DNA of 64,000 nt. It comes from Prorocentrum cordatum (taxonomy: Eukaryota). The stretch lies in NCBI GenBank assembly GCA_963575745.1, contig CAUYUJ010000248.1, forward strand, positions 496,001-560,000. Direction: 5' to 3'. The notes below the pieces were generated by a model. The model saw only the letters and a list, made by a program, of their open reading frames with translations. It ran no database searches and was not told where the DNA came from. Of this stretch, positions 51,136-63,952 are shown piece by piece; positions within the stretch are counted from its first letter, which is position 1, and each line of letters opens with the position of its first letter. The position numbers and the translations under genes were made by a program.

Positions 51136-52552
51136 GAGTGAGAGTGGGGGGTGCGGCTGTGGGCGTAGAGTGTGGGGTGGGGGTGTGGGGTTTGAGTGTG
51201 GGCGTGCTGTGCGGGGTGCGAGAGTGTGCGTAGACTGTGGGCGTAGAGTGTGGGCGCGAGGGCGAGAGGCGAGTATGGAGTGCGAGTGTCGGCGTTGAGT
51301 GTGGGCGCGAGTGTGTTCGGCGAGTGTGCGCGTCGAGTGTGGTGCGTTTCTGGTCTCGAGCTAGTGCTGGCCCCCCAGGCATACACAGCTTAGGAACCCC
51401 TCGCAATCCGTAGAGGAACCCTTCGGAACCCACCGAGATCTTCAGGAATCTTTTGGGATTCCCGGGGATCCTTGGGAATCCAATGGGCCCTTTTAAGGCA
51501 TCCAAGGGGTCCTCAGGACTCCGAGCGGCGGAAAAGACGTGGTTGTCTGCGCCGGCATTGGCGCGCACGCTGCCCGCTTAAGTTTGCGCGCAGGCGCCCT
51601 CGTCTACGATGGCGTGCCGCGCTGGCGGCCCGCGTGGGCCACCGCGTCGGGTCGCTGTGCCACATCGCCTGGCATCGCTCGGACGTGTGCATTTTTTTCT
51701 CGGCGAGGACCATCGAGGAGCATCCTTTACCATTTTCCGAAAAAAAAACACGCACGAAACCGAGCAAAAACATAGGGAATGGACGTCCGAGCGATGGCGA
51801 GCATGTGGCTTGCCACCATGTCATGGCTCATCGTTGGGCGGCAGGCGCAGGGCGTTTGGGGGGGGGCACGGCAGGAACCATGCGCTGTGCGCCAGGGCCG
51901 CCTCCAGGATCTAGGAGGCCTCGGCCCCCAAGGGGGGTCTGAGCTCAAGAGTGTATGGACGTACCAATCGGTCGTTGAAAGTAGGTATTTTTGGATTTCA
52001 GTTCCCAGCCTACTTTATCCACCTTCCTACTGCAAGAGTCGAGTGGTTTTCCCTCTTCCCTTCTCTTCAGGAGGCGGGCGGAAGCCCAATCTTTTTCCAA
52101 CGCCTTCCTACTTCACAGTTCTACCTACCTCTTGCGACCGGTGGGTAATGCATCCGCATTGGTTTCGAGAGTACGCTCTGCGGCAGCGTTCGTATCACGA
52201 GGCTGGTCTCGCTGACTGGGGGGGGATGGTTCGTGTACGTAGTTGGGCGCGCACGTCCTTCGCGCGCTCCCCACGAGCAGCTGCGGTGGGCGGATCGCGC
52301 TGCATCGCCGATGCATTGGCGACGCGGCTCGACGGCGAGATCTTCTCCGCGCCGGCGCCGCCGACGCGTCGGCGATGCACCGGTGATCCGGTGGCGCTGC
52401 CGCGCGAGTCCGCCGACGCGCTCGGGCGGGCGGGTGGGGGGGGTGGGGGGCGGGGCCTCTGGTGGGGGGCGGGGGGCCGGAGGGTCCACGGAGCCCCTTG
52501 CTCCCCCAAAGGGTGTTCAGCACGAGGGAAGTGGGCACGGACAACATGGGCA

Positions 52553-52727
52553 CCTCCTCCTCTTCCGCCTTCTCCTCCTCCTCCTCCTCCTCCTCCTCCT
52601 CCTCCTCCTCCTCCTCCTCCTCCCTCCTCTCCCTCCTCCTCCTCCTCCTCCTCCTCCTCCTCCTCCTCCTCCTCCTCCTCCTCCTCCTCCTCCTCCTCCT
52701 CCTCCTCCTCCTCCCCCTCCTCCTCCT
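52553..52727. repeat. (CCT)n microsatellite
   Basis: Direct reading; a similar tract lies at 53567-53758. Confidence 0.95.
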
Positions 52728-53905
52728 GTTCATGCTGGGCAGGGCGCGCTGTCCGCGCCGCCGCGGCCTGTGCCCATCTGACAAGGGCGGCGCCTGCCCA
52801 GCAGCGGCCGCTGTCGGTTTGGGCCCGTTTCTTCCGTACCCATTTCGGGCGTCCGAATGTGTGTTTGGGATCATTTTCTGCCTGGACGGCGAAACACGCA
52901 CGGTTTTTGACACCCAAATGATTGCATCTAGGGCTCTTAGCCGCCCTGATACGCCCGTCTTGAAACGCAACACGTACCGTGCTTAAAACGTCCGTGTGAA
53001 TGCATTCCGTGTCGGCTCAGCGTTCTGGCCCACATTTTTGCGGACGCATCGTGTCGGACCTACGTCTTCGATCTACGCATTGAGCTCCGTATCAGTAGTC
53101 TACGTGTTGCGTGTTGCGTGTCGGGGCAGTTAAGGTCAGGAAACACGCAAGACGGATGGCTTCTCGTTACTTTTGGCCCCTGGGGCCCCTTGCCTTGCCT
53201 CGGGACTGGCAAAGAAGGACTCGGGCTGAGACGCGGGTCTCAGGGACTGCGTACAGACCTTGGGTGTCGAGGTGATGCAGCAATCGTGACGTCGGGTGTC
53301 TGGGCCTGGATGCTCCTCTGCCAATTCCGCCACCTCCTGAGATCCTGGCGTTGCAGTTTTTTCACCGCGCGTTTTCGCCTGGTCTCGGGCCCGGGGACCA
53401 TCACATATAGATCCGCAGAAATATGGGATCTAGGGGTCTGGTCGTGATCTTTCGCGACGTCCCGCTCCGCTTTCCCCTGGACCTCCCACTTCCCCCGCAC
53501 CCTCCCCTCTCCCTTCGCACCCCCATCCCGCTCCGTCCACAAATAGCATGTTCGATTGGACTGGGGCCTCCGCCTCCTCCTCCTCCTCCTCCTCCTCCTC
53601 CTCCTCCTACTCCTCCCCCTTCTCCTCCTCCTCCTCTTCCTCCTCTTCGTCCTCCTCCTCCTCCTCCTTTTCCTGCTCCTCCTCCTCGTGCTCCTCCTCC
53701 TCCTCCTCCTCCTCCTCCTCCTCCTCCTCCTACTCCTCCTACTCCTCCTCCTCCTCCCACCGCACTGCCCTGGATAGCACGCGAGCGTCCTGTTTTTTTT
53801 TCTTCCCCTGGGGGGCGCCGCGGCGCTCGCCGCGTGCCCGTCGGCGGAGGGAAAAGCGACGGCGCCTGCGGTCACCTGCCCCGGGCCACCCTTTGCATCC
53901 TTGCC

Positions 53906-54068
53906 TTAAGTGGGGCCTGCCCCATATGCAGGAGGAATGTTCAAAAATGGTCAAACAATAGTCTGGGGACGACGTTTTTCGGCCATGTTTGTCTACTTTG
54001 GGGCATGTTTTGACTCTTTGCTATTTCTCGCTCGAGATCCCCCTTGTGGGAGGACATGCCCGACCCGA
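53906..54068 (+). mobile_element. MITE family A copy
   Basis: TIR-like ends TTAAGTGGGGCCTGCCCC / GGACATGCCCGACCCGA; perfect 8-bp TSD TCCTTGCC. Confidence 0.85.
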
Positions 54069-56004
54069 TCCTTGCCCCCTTCGGCCCATCCTCGGCGGCT
54101 TTCGCTGGCCAGCACCGCTCAAGGCACGTTCACATGGGCCTCCGAGGCCCTGGCACCCCCCCCGCGCCTCCGCACTGAGACGGGCCGACGGTACGCCACG
54201 GCTCCGAGGGGGGCGTCGTGCCCTTGGGCGGTGTGCCGGCGGGGCCTTTTTGCCACCTCCGGTCCCTCCACGCTGCCAGTGCCAGGCCCCCCACCAGAGC
54301 TTCCACGTCGGGGTCCCCCCGCTGCCCCCCCGCCCACACCCTGCAGCCACAAGAGCACACGGCAGGAGTGCGCTGCACCGCCCTGGCAGTTCCTTCTCCT
54401 CCTGCCCATCGCCCTCCAGATCGCCATCCCCTCCCTTCCTGTTCTCCCGTCGCCATGCCCATCCCCACCCTCTCTCTGCCCCCGCCCCTCTCTGCACAGT
54501 GGAAGCCCACGCCGATACATCGTCTTTCATCTTGATTGGTTTGCTCTGGGTTTCTCGGGCTCAGAAAGGCCCTAATGAAAACTCCAGTGCTGCCAGACCT
54601 GAATACGTCAGAATCCTTGGGCTTGAGAGATTCGCTCTCTCTGAAGGCTCGGGGAGGAGTACTGCAGGTTCGCACCGAGTTGACGCGGCAGCGTCCCCCA
54701 GTGCGGGCGGCGCTCAAAGTTACTCGCCGCCGGTGGCGCATAATCGGCCGATATCGGAAGATTCGCGCTGTTGGGGAAGCCACAGCCGTCGAGGGCTGAC
54801 AGATCCACGTGCACGCGGTGCCAGAAACCAGTGCCGACGTCGTCGTGTCGTGAACCTGCCGTAGTCAGATGAGCAAGAAGCCGTGATAATGAGGCGTAAA
54901 AGGATCTCCAAGGTTTCCTGTTGTTCCACGCGGACTGGACACGAACGCACCCTGAGCTAACCGCATCATAACATCATTCTCGCCCTACGCAGTGGTATAT
55001 GTGTTTTGTGGGCCGAGTCGCGCGTGGACGAGTCGGCCCCGCGCGGACGCGCTGGACGTGGCGCATCTCTCGCTCTCCGCGCTGCTGCGGCGAACTCGGT
55101 TGGCGGCTCTTGACCGGTGGACCGGTGGACAGTAGGCAGGCCTGCCCATCGAGACAGCGCGGAGAAAAGTTTGTCCCTGGGATGGGGTTCGTCCCCCAGG
55201 GTCCACGTCGTGACAGACATCACGGTGCTTGGGCTCTCGGAAGAATGTGTGTGTATGTGGAGGGGGGGGCGGGGATATTTAGCCGAAGTATCTCGCAATT
55301 GGTTGGGCCTCCTGGGAGGGCGTCGGTCGCCACCAGCTGGGCTTCGCTTCGAAATACATGGCGGCGTGCGGCCCTGGACAGGTGGAAGGGTCGACTTTCA
55401 GGAGGAGGAGGAGGAGGAGGAGGTGAAGGAGGAGGAGAGGAAGAGGAAGAGGAGGAGGAGGAGGAGGAGGAGGAGGAGGGGATAGAGGACGAGGAAGAGG
55501 ACGAGGAAGAGTTTGAGGGGGAGGACGACGAGGACAGGGAAGAGGGGGGAGAGGGTGAGCAAGAGGACGTTGAGGAGGAGGAGGAGGAGAAGGAATTGGG
55601 GAGGAGGAGGGGATGAAGAGTAGGAAGAGGAGGACGGGAGGAAGAAGAAGAGTAAGAGGAGAAACATGAAGAGGAGGGATGGGAGCTTGCTTGCTTGCTT
55701 GCACGCGGCTGCTGGACAAGATCACGCGATACTCCAATGCTCGCAAGAAACATCTAACGCGTATGGAGGAGGAAGCGAAGGAGGAGGAAGCGAAGGAGGA
55801 AGCGAGGGGGTCCTGTCCTCCAGGCGCCGCGGAACAATCACGGCGGACCGCCCTCTGGCTGCGACCTCGTCCTCCGCGGTGCGCTTCCTCTTGGCCCCCC
55901 CGGGCACCGTCCGGAGTGCCGGATCGCGGCGCGGGGGCCGGCCCCCAGGCATGCGGTTCGGGAGTTCGGGGGCGCAGCGTCGGGGTCGACGGGCTTCGCG
56001 AGTC

Positions 56005-56193
56005 AGTATCGTTGATCCGATCCCCATGCCCATCCCCATCCCCTTCGAGACCCCCGCCAGATTACCCCGCCCAGTTTGGGATACGCCCCTCGAAACCCTG
56101 GAGGGAACGGCCCATATCCCCATCTTAGAGGGTACATCGGCCAGTGGGGCCCAGGCCACGCCGCTCGGGATGGGGATCGGATAAACGATACTC
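56005..56193. mobile_element. MITE-like element with ~25-bp TIRs
   Basis: AGTATCGTTGATCCGATCCCCAT ... ATGGGGATCGGATAAACGATACT. Confidence 0.6.
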
Positions 56194-56577
56194 AACGAGA
56201 TGTCCGTGGGCACCTGCTCCTTGCTTTGCCTGCGCCCTTCTGTCGCCATCGCTGCTGTCGTCACTGCTGGCGTTGTCCTCCCTGCCATGCCTCTTTACCC
56301 CTCCCCCTCCCTGCACCTCCTCCTTCTCCTCCCCCTCCTTCTTCTCCCCCTCCTTCTCCTCCCTCCCCCTCATCCTGTTCCTTCTTCTCCTCGTCCTTCT
56401 TCTTCTTCTTCTTCTTCTTCTTTTTTATTCTTTTTCTTCTTCCTCCCTGTCTTCGTCTCCTCGCGTGCTCGCCACCGTGATCCCGATCTGCTCTTCCTCC
56501 CGGCTTCGCTTGCCCCGCCTCGTCCTCCTGTCTCTTCCTCCACCGCCCTTCAAGCACTCCTCTCGCTGGAGATTTTC

Positions 56578-56763
56578 AACCCAGACACATGATCGCGTCG
56601 GAAAAAATACGATCGGTTTTTGGCAATCTTCGGCCTCGGGGAGGCCCTCGCAGGGCCTCGGGACCGTCAAGAAACGATCCGGGAGGAAACGCCGGTCCCG
56701 GGGCACGGGTCAGGATTCCTAGGGGCCCCGTGCTGACAAAGTCAGGACGTCGCATGTCTGGGG
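56578..56763 (+). mobile_element. MITE family B copy (TIR AACCCAGACATG)
   Basis: Homologous to 60002-60192 and 60318-60507; right TIR interrupted by a family A copy. Confidence 0.75.
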
Positions 56764-56922
56764 TTAAGTGGGGCGCTCACTCAACAGGAGGAAGATTCAA
56801 AAATGGAAAAAACACTACGGGGACGAAGGTTCTACCATTTTCGAACATTTTGTTTCTTCTTGTGTTTGACTATTTTTAATTTTTCGTCCAAAATCCCCCT
56901 GTAGGGGAAAGGCCCGACCTAA
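56764..56922 (+). mobile_element. MITE family A copy
   Basis: TTAAGTGGGGC...GGCCCGACCTAA; TSD GTCTGGGG/GTCTGGGA. Confidence 0.8.
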
Positions 56923-57101
56923 GTCTGGGAAGTCAGGGCGCCCCCCCCCCCACCAGAGACTTCACGGGGCTCGGAAAAGTCACGCTCTCGCACAAGGGCG
57001 ACGCCTGCGCTAGCTTCTTTACCTCGGGGCAGGGGCGCCGGGGGGGTCCCTCCTGAAGCACGCTTCGATGATATTAGCAGTGTGAGGTATCGGGTAGCTT
57101 T

Positions 57102-57239
57102 TCAAGTCGGACGTGTCCCTCTACAGGAGGAACAATCAGAAACAGCAGCATGGATGGACTGGGGACGATTTTTGAACTATATTTTGCATATGTTCCTTTT
57201 CTTTCCAAAGCCGCCTGTAGGAGGGCATGCCCGACGCAA
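57102..57239 (+). mobile_element. MITE family A copy (decayed)
   Basis: AAGTCGGACGTGTCCCTCTACAGGAGGA...CCTGTAGGAGGGCATGCCCGAC; TSD not evident. Confidence 0.7.
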
Positions 57240-57278
57240 CATCAGCACTGTACTGTAACAGGTAGCTTGGGCCGAGCC

Positions 57279-57437
57279 TTAGGTCGGGCATGTCCCTCTA
57301 CAGGAGGAATATTCAAAAATAGTAAACAGATAGTCTGGGGACGATTTTTTGAGTATGTTTGAGCATGTTGGGTATGTTTTGACTATGTTTGATTTTTTAG
57401 TCCAAAGTCCCCCTGCAGGGGGACAGGCCCGTCCTAA
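57279..57437 (+). mobile_element. MITE family A copy
   Basis: TTAGGTCGGGCATGTCCCTCTACAGG...CCTGCAGGGGGACAGGCCCGTCCTAA; TSD GCCGAGCC/GCCTAGCC. Confidence 0.85.
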
Positions 57438-57600
57438 GCCTAGCCCCGTCTGCCTCCTCTCTCCTACTTTTCGGGGTCCCGGGTTGTGAGGACGTCGCAG
57501 GCGGAACTGAACAGAACACCTCGCGCGCGGCAGCTCGGAGCCCAGAGTTGCGAGGAGGCCTCGGGCGAAGTAATAGGGAAACAACCAGCGACATACGCAT

Positions 57601-57745
57601 TAAAACTCTGAGGTCCGTGCAGATTTCTCGGATCGGCGTTGGACCCCCCTCCTTGGCGCGCGGAGCGCGCCAGGGGCGGCGCCAGAGGCGCCGCCAGGGG
57701 TCTCCAGCGCCGATCCGAGAAATCCGCGCGGACCTCCGAGTTTTA
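57601..57745. mobile_element. Hairpin/MITE-like element with ~45-bp TIRs
   Basis: TAAAACTCTGAGGTCCGTGCAGATTTCTCGGATCGGCG ... CGCCGATCCGAGAAATCCGCGCGGACCTCCGAGTTTTA. Confidence 0.8.
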
Positions 57746-57789
57746 TGTTCATGTCATTGTTCTTTCCCCTAGGTTAGCCTGACCGTATC

Positions 57790-59060
57790 TCTCTCGCGAC
57801 ATCTTGGAGCCTGGAGTTGCGAAGATGGATCTGGCAAATCCGGCCAGAGTACCTCGAGCGCATCGTCTCTGAGCCTAGAGTTGCGGGAGAAATTGGCCAA
57901 ACGACCTCGGACGCGGCATTTTTGGAGTCCAGAGTTGCGAAGCTCTCTCAGGCAAAATTGGCCAGACCACCTCAAGTCAGGAGCATCTCGGAGCCCAAAT
58001 TTGCAAGGATGTCTGAGGTGAGTTGGGTCGGACAATCTCGCGCGTCGCAATTTCGAGCCCAGAGTTGCGAGAATGTCTTGGGCGATTTAAGCCAGATCAC
58101 CTCAGGCCGCAACAGTTATGATTCCAGAATTGTGCAGATGTTTCAGGCGAAGCGGGCCAGACCACCTCGCGCGCGGCATCTTTGAGCCTGGTGTTGCGAG
58201 GATACCTCAAGCGAAACGGGCTGGACCACCTCAGGTCAGAGTATCTCTGAGCCCACGCGCGGCATCGTGGAGCCCAGAGTTGCGAAGGTGTCGCAGGCAA
58301 AACTAGCCAGACCACTTCGCACGGGGCATCTCGGAGAGTTGCGAGGATGTCTCAGGGGAGTTTGGGTAGCCCACCTTGCGCCTGGCACGTCGGATCTCAG
58401 AGTTGCGCGATGCCCTGGGCGAATGGGGGCAGACCACATCAGGACAGGGCATATCTGAGCCCAGAGTTGCGAGGATGTCCCTGGCGAATCGGGCTGGACC
58501 AACAAGGACAGAGCATCTCCGATCCCAGAGCTGCGATGATGCTTCTGGCGAAAATGGACTAGACCACCTCGCGAAAGGTATCTCTGAGCCGAGAGTTGCG
58601 AGGATGCCTCAGACGAGATGGGCCGGAACACATCAAGCCAGGACATCTCTGAGCTTGGAGTTGCAGGGATCCTCAGGCGAGCTAGGCCGCACCTCTTCGC
58701 GCGCGGCATCTGGAGCCCCGAGTTGCGAAGATATCTCAGGCGAAATTGGCCAGACCACTTCGCGCGCGGCATCTCGCAGAGTTGGGAGGATGTCTCAGGC
58801 GATAATGTCTGAAGTGAAATTGGCCAGATCATCTCGCGCGCGGAATGTCTGAGCCCAGAGTTGCGAGGCTGCCTACGGCGAAACGGGCTGGACCTCCTCA
58901 GGTTGGGGGTATCTCTGAGCCCCGAGTTGCGCAGACATCTCGGGCGAAACGGACTGGACCACCTCGCGCGTGACATCTTGGATACCAGGGTTACGGGGAT
59001 GTCTCAGGCGAAGTATGCCAGGCCACCGTGCCCCCAGCAATTTGGAGCACAGAGTTAAGA
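57790..59060. repeat. Degenerate ~60-bp tandem repeat, about 20 copies
   Basis: Core GAGCCCAGAGTTGCGAGGATGTCTCAGGCGAAA..GG.CAGACCACCTCGCGCG.GGCATCT. Confidence 0.9.
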
Positions 59061-59651
59061 GGATCTCAGAACGCATTGCCATGCAGCGCAATGAGATGTG
59101 CTGCAACATACAAGCAATCCCATGCGCTGTAGTGCAATGCCACGCAATGCAATGCAATGTTATGGCACACCATGCAAGTGCAATGCGTATGCAAGGTGCA
59201 AGTGCAGATGGGTATGAAACAGAGGCTTCCACTGTGGGGGATGCGGGGTAAAGAGATGGAGAGAGGGAGCACGATGAGGAGTAGGAGAAGGACAACACCA
59301 GTAGCAGGAGACGGGGCTGGCAACAGGATCAAGCACAGCGGAAGCGCACTCAACAGAACAGAAGCTCACTTAGCACGAACATGACTTTTGAGGAACCCCT
59401 CAGGCATCTTCAGGAATCCTTCAGGAACTTCAAGAATCCATGTGAGAAATCTATAGGAATCCTTCATGAGTCCTCATGAGGCCTTCATCTTCAGGCATCC
59501 TCAGGACTTCTCCAGGAAGCCTTCCGGACCCCTCGGGAAGCTGTGATAGGCATCCCCCAGGAATTTTGCAGGAGCACTTCCGGAAATCGGAGAGGAATTC
59601 ACGGGGATCCATCACGAAGCCGAGGAGGTGCTTTCTGGGAAGCGCCTATGA

Positions 59652-59811
59652 CTAAGTCGGGCCCGTCCCTCTACAGGAGGAGTGCTCAGAGATGATCCAA
59701 AAATAGTCTGGGGACCATGTTTTGCATGTTTTTTGACAATGTTGGAGCATTTTTGGGGCACTTGTTATTCTTGACGAAAATCCCCCTCGCAGGGGGACAC
59801 GCCCGACTGAA
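59652..59811 (+). mobile_element. MITE family A copy
   Basis: CTAAGTCGGGCCCGTCCCTCTACAGG...GGGGGACACGCCCGACTGAA; perfect TSD GCCTATGA. Confidence 0.85.
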
Positions 59812-60001
59812 GCCTATGAAGGGCCCAGATGGACCGCCCCTGAGGCGCCCTACGGGGCGCATGCGGAGCGCTCCCGAGGCGCCATGTGCGGCGCCTGTAG
59901 GAGTTGCCCACTGGGGCGCCTCCGAGGCGCCTGCGCAGCGCCTGTGCAGCGCCTGCTGGCAGCGCGCTGTGGGAGCGCGTGTGAAGCGCCCAGGGAGCGC
60001 T

Positions 60002-60507
60002 TCCCAAACATGCTCGCGTCGTCACAGAAATCAGCACGGGAGGTTTTTGGCCCTTCTCGGCCTCGGGGGGCCCTCGCTGGGTCTCGGGGCCGTCCAAAAA
60101 TCGGCTCGGAGTGAGGAGCCGGTCCTGTGGAGAGGGTCGGGATTTCCAGGGACCCCGTCCTGAAAAAATCAGGACGTCGCATGTCTGGGTTATGAAGTGC
60201 CTAGCAAGCGGTTGAAAGCTCGAGCGAGCACGGTCATGCTCTGGACCGTTCCGGTCTCCTTCTGGCGGTGGGGATCTGGCCGTCCAGTCGGGATCTAGAC
60301 GGCTTGGCTGGGATCTGAACCCAGACATGCGACGTCCTGATTTTTTCGGGACGGGGTCCCTGGAAGTCCGGGCCCGTTCCCCAGGACCGATTTTTCATCC
60401 GAGTCGGTTTGTGGACGGTCCCGAGGCCCGGCGAGAGCCCCCCGAGGCCGAAGATGGCCAAAAACCTCCCGTCCTGACTTCGTGTACGGCGCGAGCATGT
60501 CTGGGTA
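60002..60507. mobile_element. Two MITE family B copies in inverted orientation (60002-60192, 60318-60507)
   Basis: ..AAAAAATCAGGACGTCGCATGTCTGGGTT vs AACCCAGACATGCGACGTCCTGATTTTTT.. Confidence 0.8.
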
Positions 60508-61074
60508 CATGTTTGCTCGGCCGGAGAGAGCGGCCGTCGGAGCTTGGGCCGTCGCCGTGTGCAGCTGGCCTGCGTTCGCCGGCGAGGCTGTGCGCGAAGG
60601 GCTCAGCCCTCGGCTCGGAGGCCCCGAGGTCGGCAGCAGCGCCTCCGCAAGCGTGGCCTTTCCCTCGAAGCAGAAGAAGCGCCGTAAGCATAAACGTTTG
60701 GCTTGTGGAGGGCGATCCATGGAGAGGAAGCATGTTCCCAAATCCTCCCCAGATGTCTAGAGAGTGTTTAAAGCATGCTTTTGACATGTTGTACTTTTAG
60801 AACATGGTGTAAGAGTGTTCTAAGAGTGTTTAACATGTAGTTTAGCATGCTCTAAGAGTGTTTGAGAAAGGCACATGTTTTTAACAGTTTTAGAACATGG
60901 TTCACGCATTGTTGTATCACATTCTTCATTCAATTATGGGATTGTTAGGGTGTCTATTGTCATGGCATCCACAATGAATGCCAGCGTGGCCTTCACGCAA
61001 AGAAGAAAAAACGCCATAAGCATAAACTTTTGGCGTTCCGCACGGATTTCTTGGATCCGCGCTGGGTCTCCCAG

Positions 61075-61282
61075 GGCTCGATTCGATTTCTCCGATTCGA
61101 TTCGATTCGACCTCGATGGATTCCGATGCCGACTCGATTCGACTTGGGATTCCGACTTGGGTTCCGACATCACATTGGAGGCATACTAGCCTGCCAATGT
61201 TTCCCGACTCGATGCTTTCCGACTCGGCTGCCGATTTCCGCCGGCCCGATTCGTTTCGATCGCCGGTCCGACTCGTCGATTC
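61075..61282. repeat. (TCGAT/CCGAT) pentamer repeat
   Basis: Direct reading. Confidence 0.8.
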
Positions 61283-61502
61283 TATGCTGGGCTCCTGGCC
61301 CGAGGGCAAGGGCCCCCCCGGTGGGTGTGTTCCAAAAGTGAGCTACCCGCCAGACATGCAAAAGGCCCAAACACCGTCCGGAGATCTGCGGGACATTCTA
61401 AGCCCTTCCCGCAGACTCGGCGGGAAACTCAAGTGCAAGTCCATTCCGTTGAGTCGATCTCCCCTACTCGATTCTTTTGGCGCGATCCTGCCTGGGGACC
61501 TG

Positions 61503-62090
61503 CTCCTCCTCCGCCTCCTCCGCCTCCTCCTCCTCCTCCTCCCTCCCCCTCCTCCTCCTCCTCCTCCTCCTCCTCCTCCTCCTCCTCCTCCTCCGCCTCC
61601 TCCTCCTCCTCCTCCTCCTCCTCCTCCCTCCTCCTCCTCCTCCTCCTCCTCCTCCTCCTCGTCCTCCTCCTCCTCCGCCTCCTCCTCCTCCTCCTCCTCC
61701 TCCTCCTCCTCCTCCTCCACCTCCTCCTCCTCCTCCGCTTCCGCCTCCCCCTTCTCCTGCTTTCCCAACTTCTTCTCCTCCTCCTCCTCCTCCTCCTCCT
61801 CCTCCTCCTCCTCCTCCTCCCTCCCCTCCTCCTCCTCTTCCGCCTCCTCCTCCTTCCTCCCCTCCTCCTTCGCCTCCCTCCTCCTCCTCCGCCCTCCTCT
61901 CCTCCTCCTCCTCTTCCTCCTCTCCTCCTCCTCCTCCTCCTGCTCCTCCTCCTGCTCCTCCTCCTCCTCTCTCCTTCCTTCTTTTCCCCGCCTCCTCCTC
62001 CGCCTCCTCCTCATCCGCCTCCTCCCCCTCCTCGTCCTCCTTATCCTCCTCCCCAGCCTCCTCCTTCTCCGGCTCCTCCTCCTCCTCCCC
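61503..62090. repeat. (CCT)n microsatellite
   Basis: Direct reading. Confidence 0.95.
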
Positions 62091-62565
62091 TCGCCGGGCG
62101 AGGGGCGGCCCCGCGGGCGCCCAGGGCGGCCGGCGCCCGCCCGCCGACGCGCGCTCAGCAAATGCAGCGCCGCGTTGGCGGCTTGCGGCGCTCGCCGCGG
62201 CCCTGCGCCTCGCGCCGCGCGGCGCCTCGGCGCCCCGCCGCGGCCGCGTCTGGCGGCCGCGGGCGGCGCGCCGCCGCCCGTCGCCGCGGAGGAGCCGAGG
62301 GCTCGTGATCGGGGGCGGCCAGAGGGGGGGGGAGGAGGAGAAGGAGGAGGAGGAGGAGGAGGAGGAGGAGGAGGAGGAGGAGGAGAGGAGGAGGAGGAGG
62401 AGGAGGGAGGAGGAGGAGGAGGAGGAGGAATGCTATGGGAATGCGATGTTTCGGGACAAGTGTCCTACCTCAGACCTGGAAGAGAACGAGGGGGGCCCTC
62501 GCCCGGGTCTCGCCTCCCGACTCCAGGTAGTGCAGCCACTTGCTGAACGGCACCGAGACCGAGGC

Positions 62566-63390
62566 TTACTCCTGCTGCACGGCCTTGCCCTCCATGAAGT
62601 ACTGAAACTCCTTGCCGAGTCCCCCGTCGACGATCTTCTTTATGGCCTCGTCACGGGCCTTCTCCACCGCCTCCAGCTGGGTCTGGAGGTGCTGGACCGC
62701 CACCGTCCTTTTCATCACGAAGTCGAAGAGGTCGCATTTATCCTCGGCAGCCTTGGTGGCGCCCTTCTCATCGCCCTCCGTGTGGTACTTGCTCTCCTTC
62801 TTCACCATGTCCTTGTCCTTCTTCTGGTCGCCGTCCTCGAGCTTGGTCTCCAGCTCGCGGCTGTCCTCGTCGGAGCCTTGGCTGCTGCAGGCGGATGCTC
62901 GGGGGGCAGCACCTGCACGGCGCCTGCCTCTCTGCCGCCGCTTGGCCTCCTTGCCGTCCTTCGGCAGGGCCTCCACTCCTTCACCCAAGAGCGCGTGCTC
63001 GGCCACGTTCCTGATGGCCCTGGTTTCGCCCGTGATGCGCAGCGACCCCTCGTCGTGCGCCGCGCGGACCTTCGCCGCGAGGACGGGCTTGATCATCCCG
63101 ATCTTGGCCTCCACCTCCTCCATGACCTCCTCCTCGTCGGCCTCCTCCTCCTCCTCCTCCTCCTCCTCCCCCTCCTCCTCCTCCTTCTCCTCCTCCTCCT
63201 CCTCCTCATCCTTCTCCTCCTCCCCCTCCTCTGAGAAGGCTCCAAGGCCTTCTTCTCGTCGGCCTCCTGGGCGGATGCCGCGCGCCCCAGTGCGCCACAG
63301 TGCGCCCCGCCGCGGACGCTGCCACCCGGCGGGAGCCGCCCGCGCGGACTCACCGCGCCGAGCAGCGCCTCCCGCCACCGCATCGGCCAT
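62566..63390 (-). CDS. Hypothetical acidic/coiled-coil protein downstream of an SL relic (possible retrocopy)
   Basis: MADAVAGG.. poly-E ..VEAKIGMIKPVLAAKVRAAHDEGSLRITGETRAIRNVAEHALLG; GC3-biased and intronless. Confidence 0.5.
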   Translation of the reverse strand: MADAVAGGAARRGESARAAPAGWQRPRRGALWRTGARGIRPGGRREEGLGAFSEEGEEEKDEEEEEEEKEEEEGEEEEEEEEEADEEEVMEEVEAKIGMIKPVLAAKVRAAHDEGSLRITGETRAIRNVAEHALLGEGVEALPKDGKEAKRRQRGRRRAGAAPRASACSSQGSDEDSRELETKLEDGDQKKDKDMVKKESKYHTEGDEKGATKAAEDKCDLFDFVMKRTVAVQHLQTQLEAVEKARDEAIKKIVDGGLGKEFQYFMEGKAVQQE

Positions 63391-63432
63391 GGGAGGAGCG
63401 GTACCGTGGCCAGTGCAACCGGGGGCGGCGGG

Positions 63433-63454
63433 CTCTGAGCCAAATGGCTGCCGA
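63433..63454 (-). other. Degenerate SL relic
   Basis: TCGGCAGCCATTTGGCTCAGAG, ~45 nt upstream of an ATG and preceded by (CCT)n. Confidence 0.65.
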
Positions 63455-63952
63455 GGGAGGAGGAGGAGGAGGAGGAGGAGGAGGAGGAGGAGGAGGAGGC
63501 GGAGGAGGCAGAAGAGGAGGAGGAGGAGGGAGGGGGGAGCAGGAGGAGGAGGAGGAGGAGGAGGAGGAGGAGGAGGAGGAGGAGGAGGAGGAGGAGGAGA
63601 GGAGGAGGAGGAGGAGGGAGGAAGAGGAGGAGGAGGAGGAAGGGGAGGGGGAGGAGGAGGAGGAGGAGGAGGAGGAGGAGGAGGAGGAGGAGAGGAGGAG
63701 GAGGAGGAGGAGGAGGAGGAGGAGGAGGAGGGAGGAGGAGGAGGGGAGGAGGAGGAGGAGGAGGAGGAGGGAGGAGGGGATAGAGGACGAGGAAGAAGAC
63801 GAGGAAGAGTTTGAGGAGGAGGAGGATGAGGAGGAGGAGGAGGGAGGAGGGAGGGGGGAGGAGGAGGGGGAGGAGGAGGAGGAGGAGGAGGAGGAGGAGG
63901 AGGAGGAGGAGGGAGGGGGGAGGAGGAGGGCTCCTCCTCTTCCTCCTCCTCC
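63455..63952. repeat. (GGA)n tract switching to (CCT)n at ~63931
   Basis: Direct reading. Confidence 0.95.
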
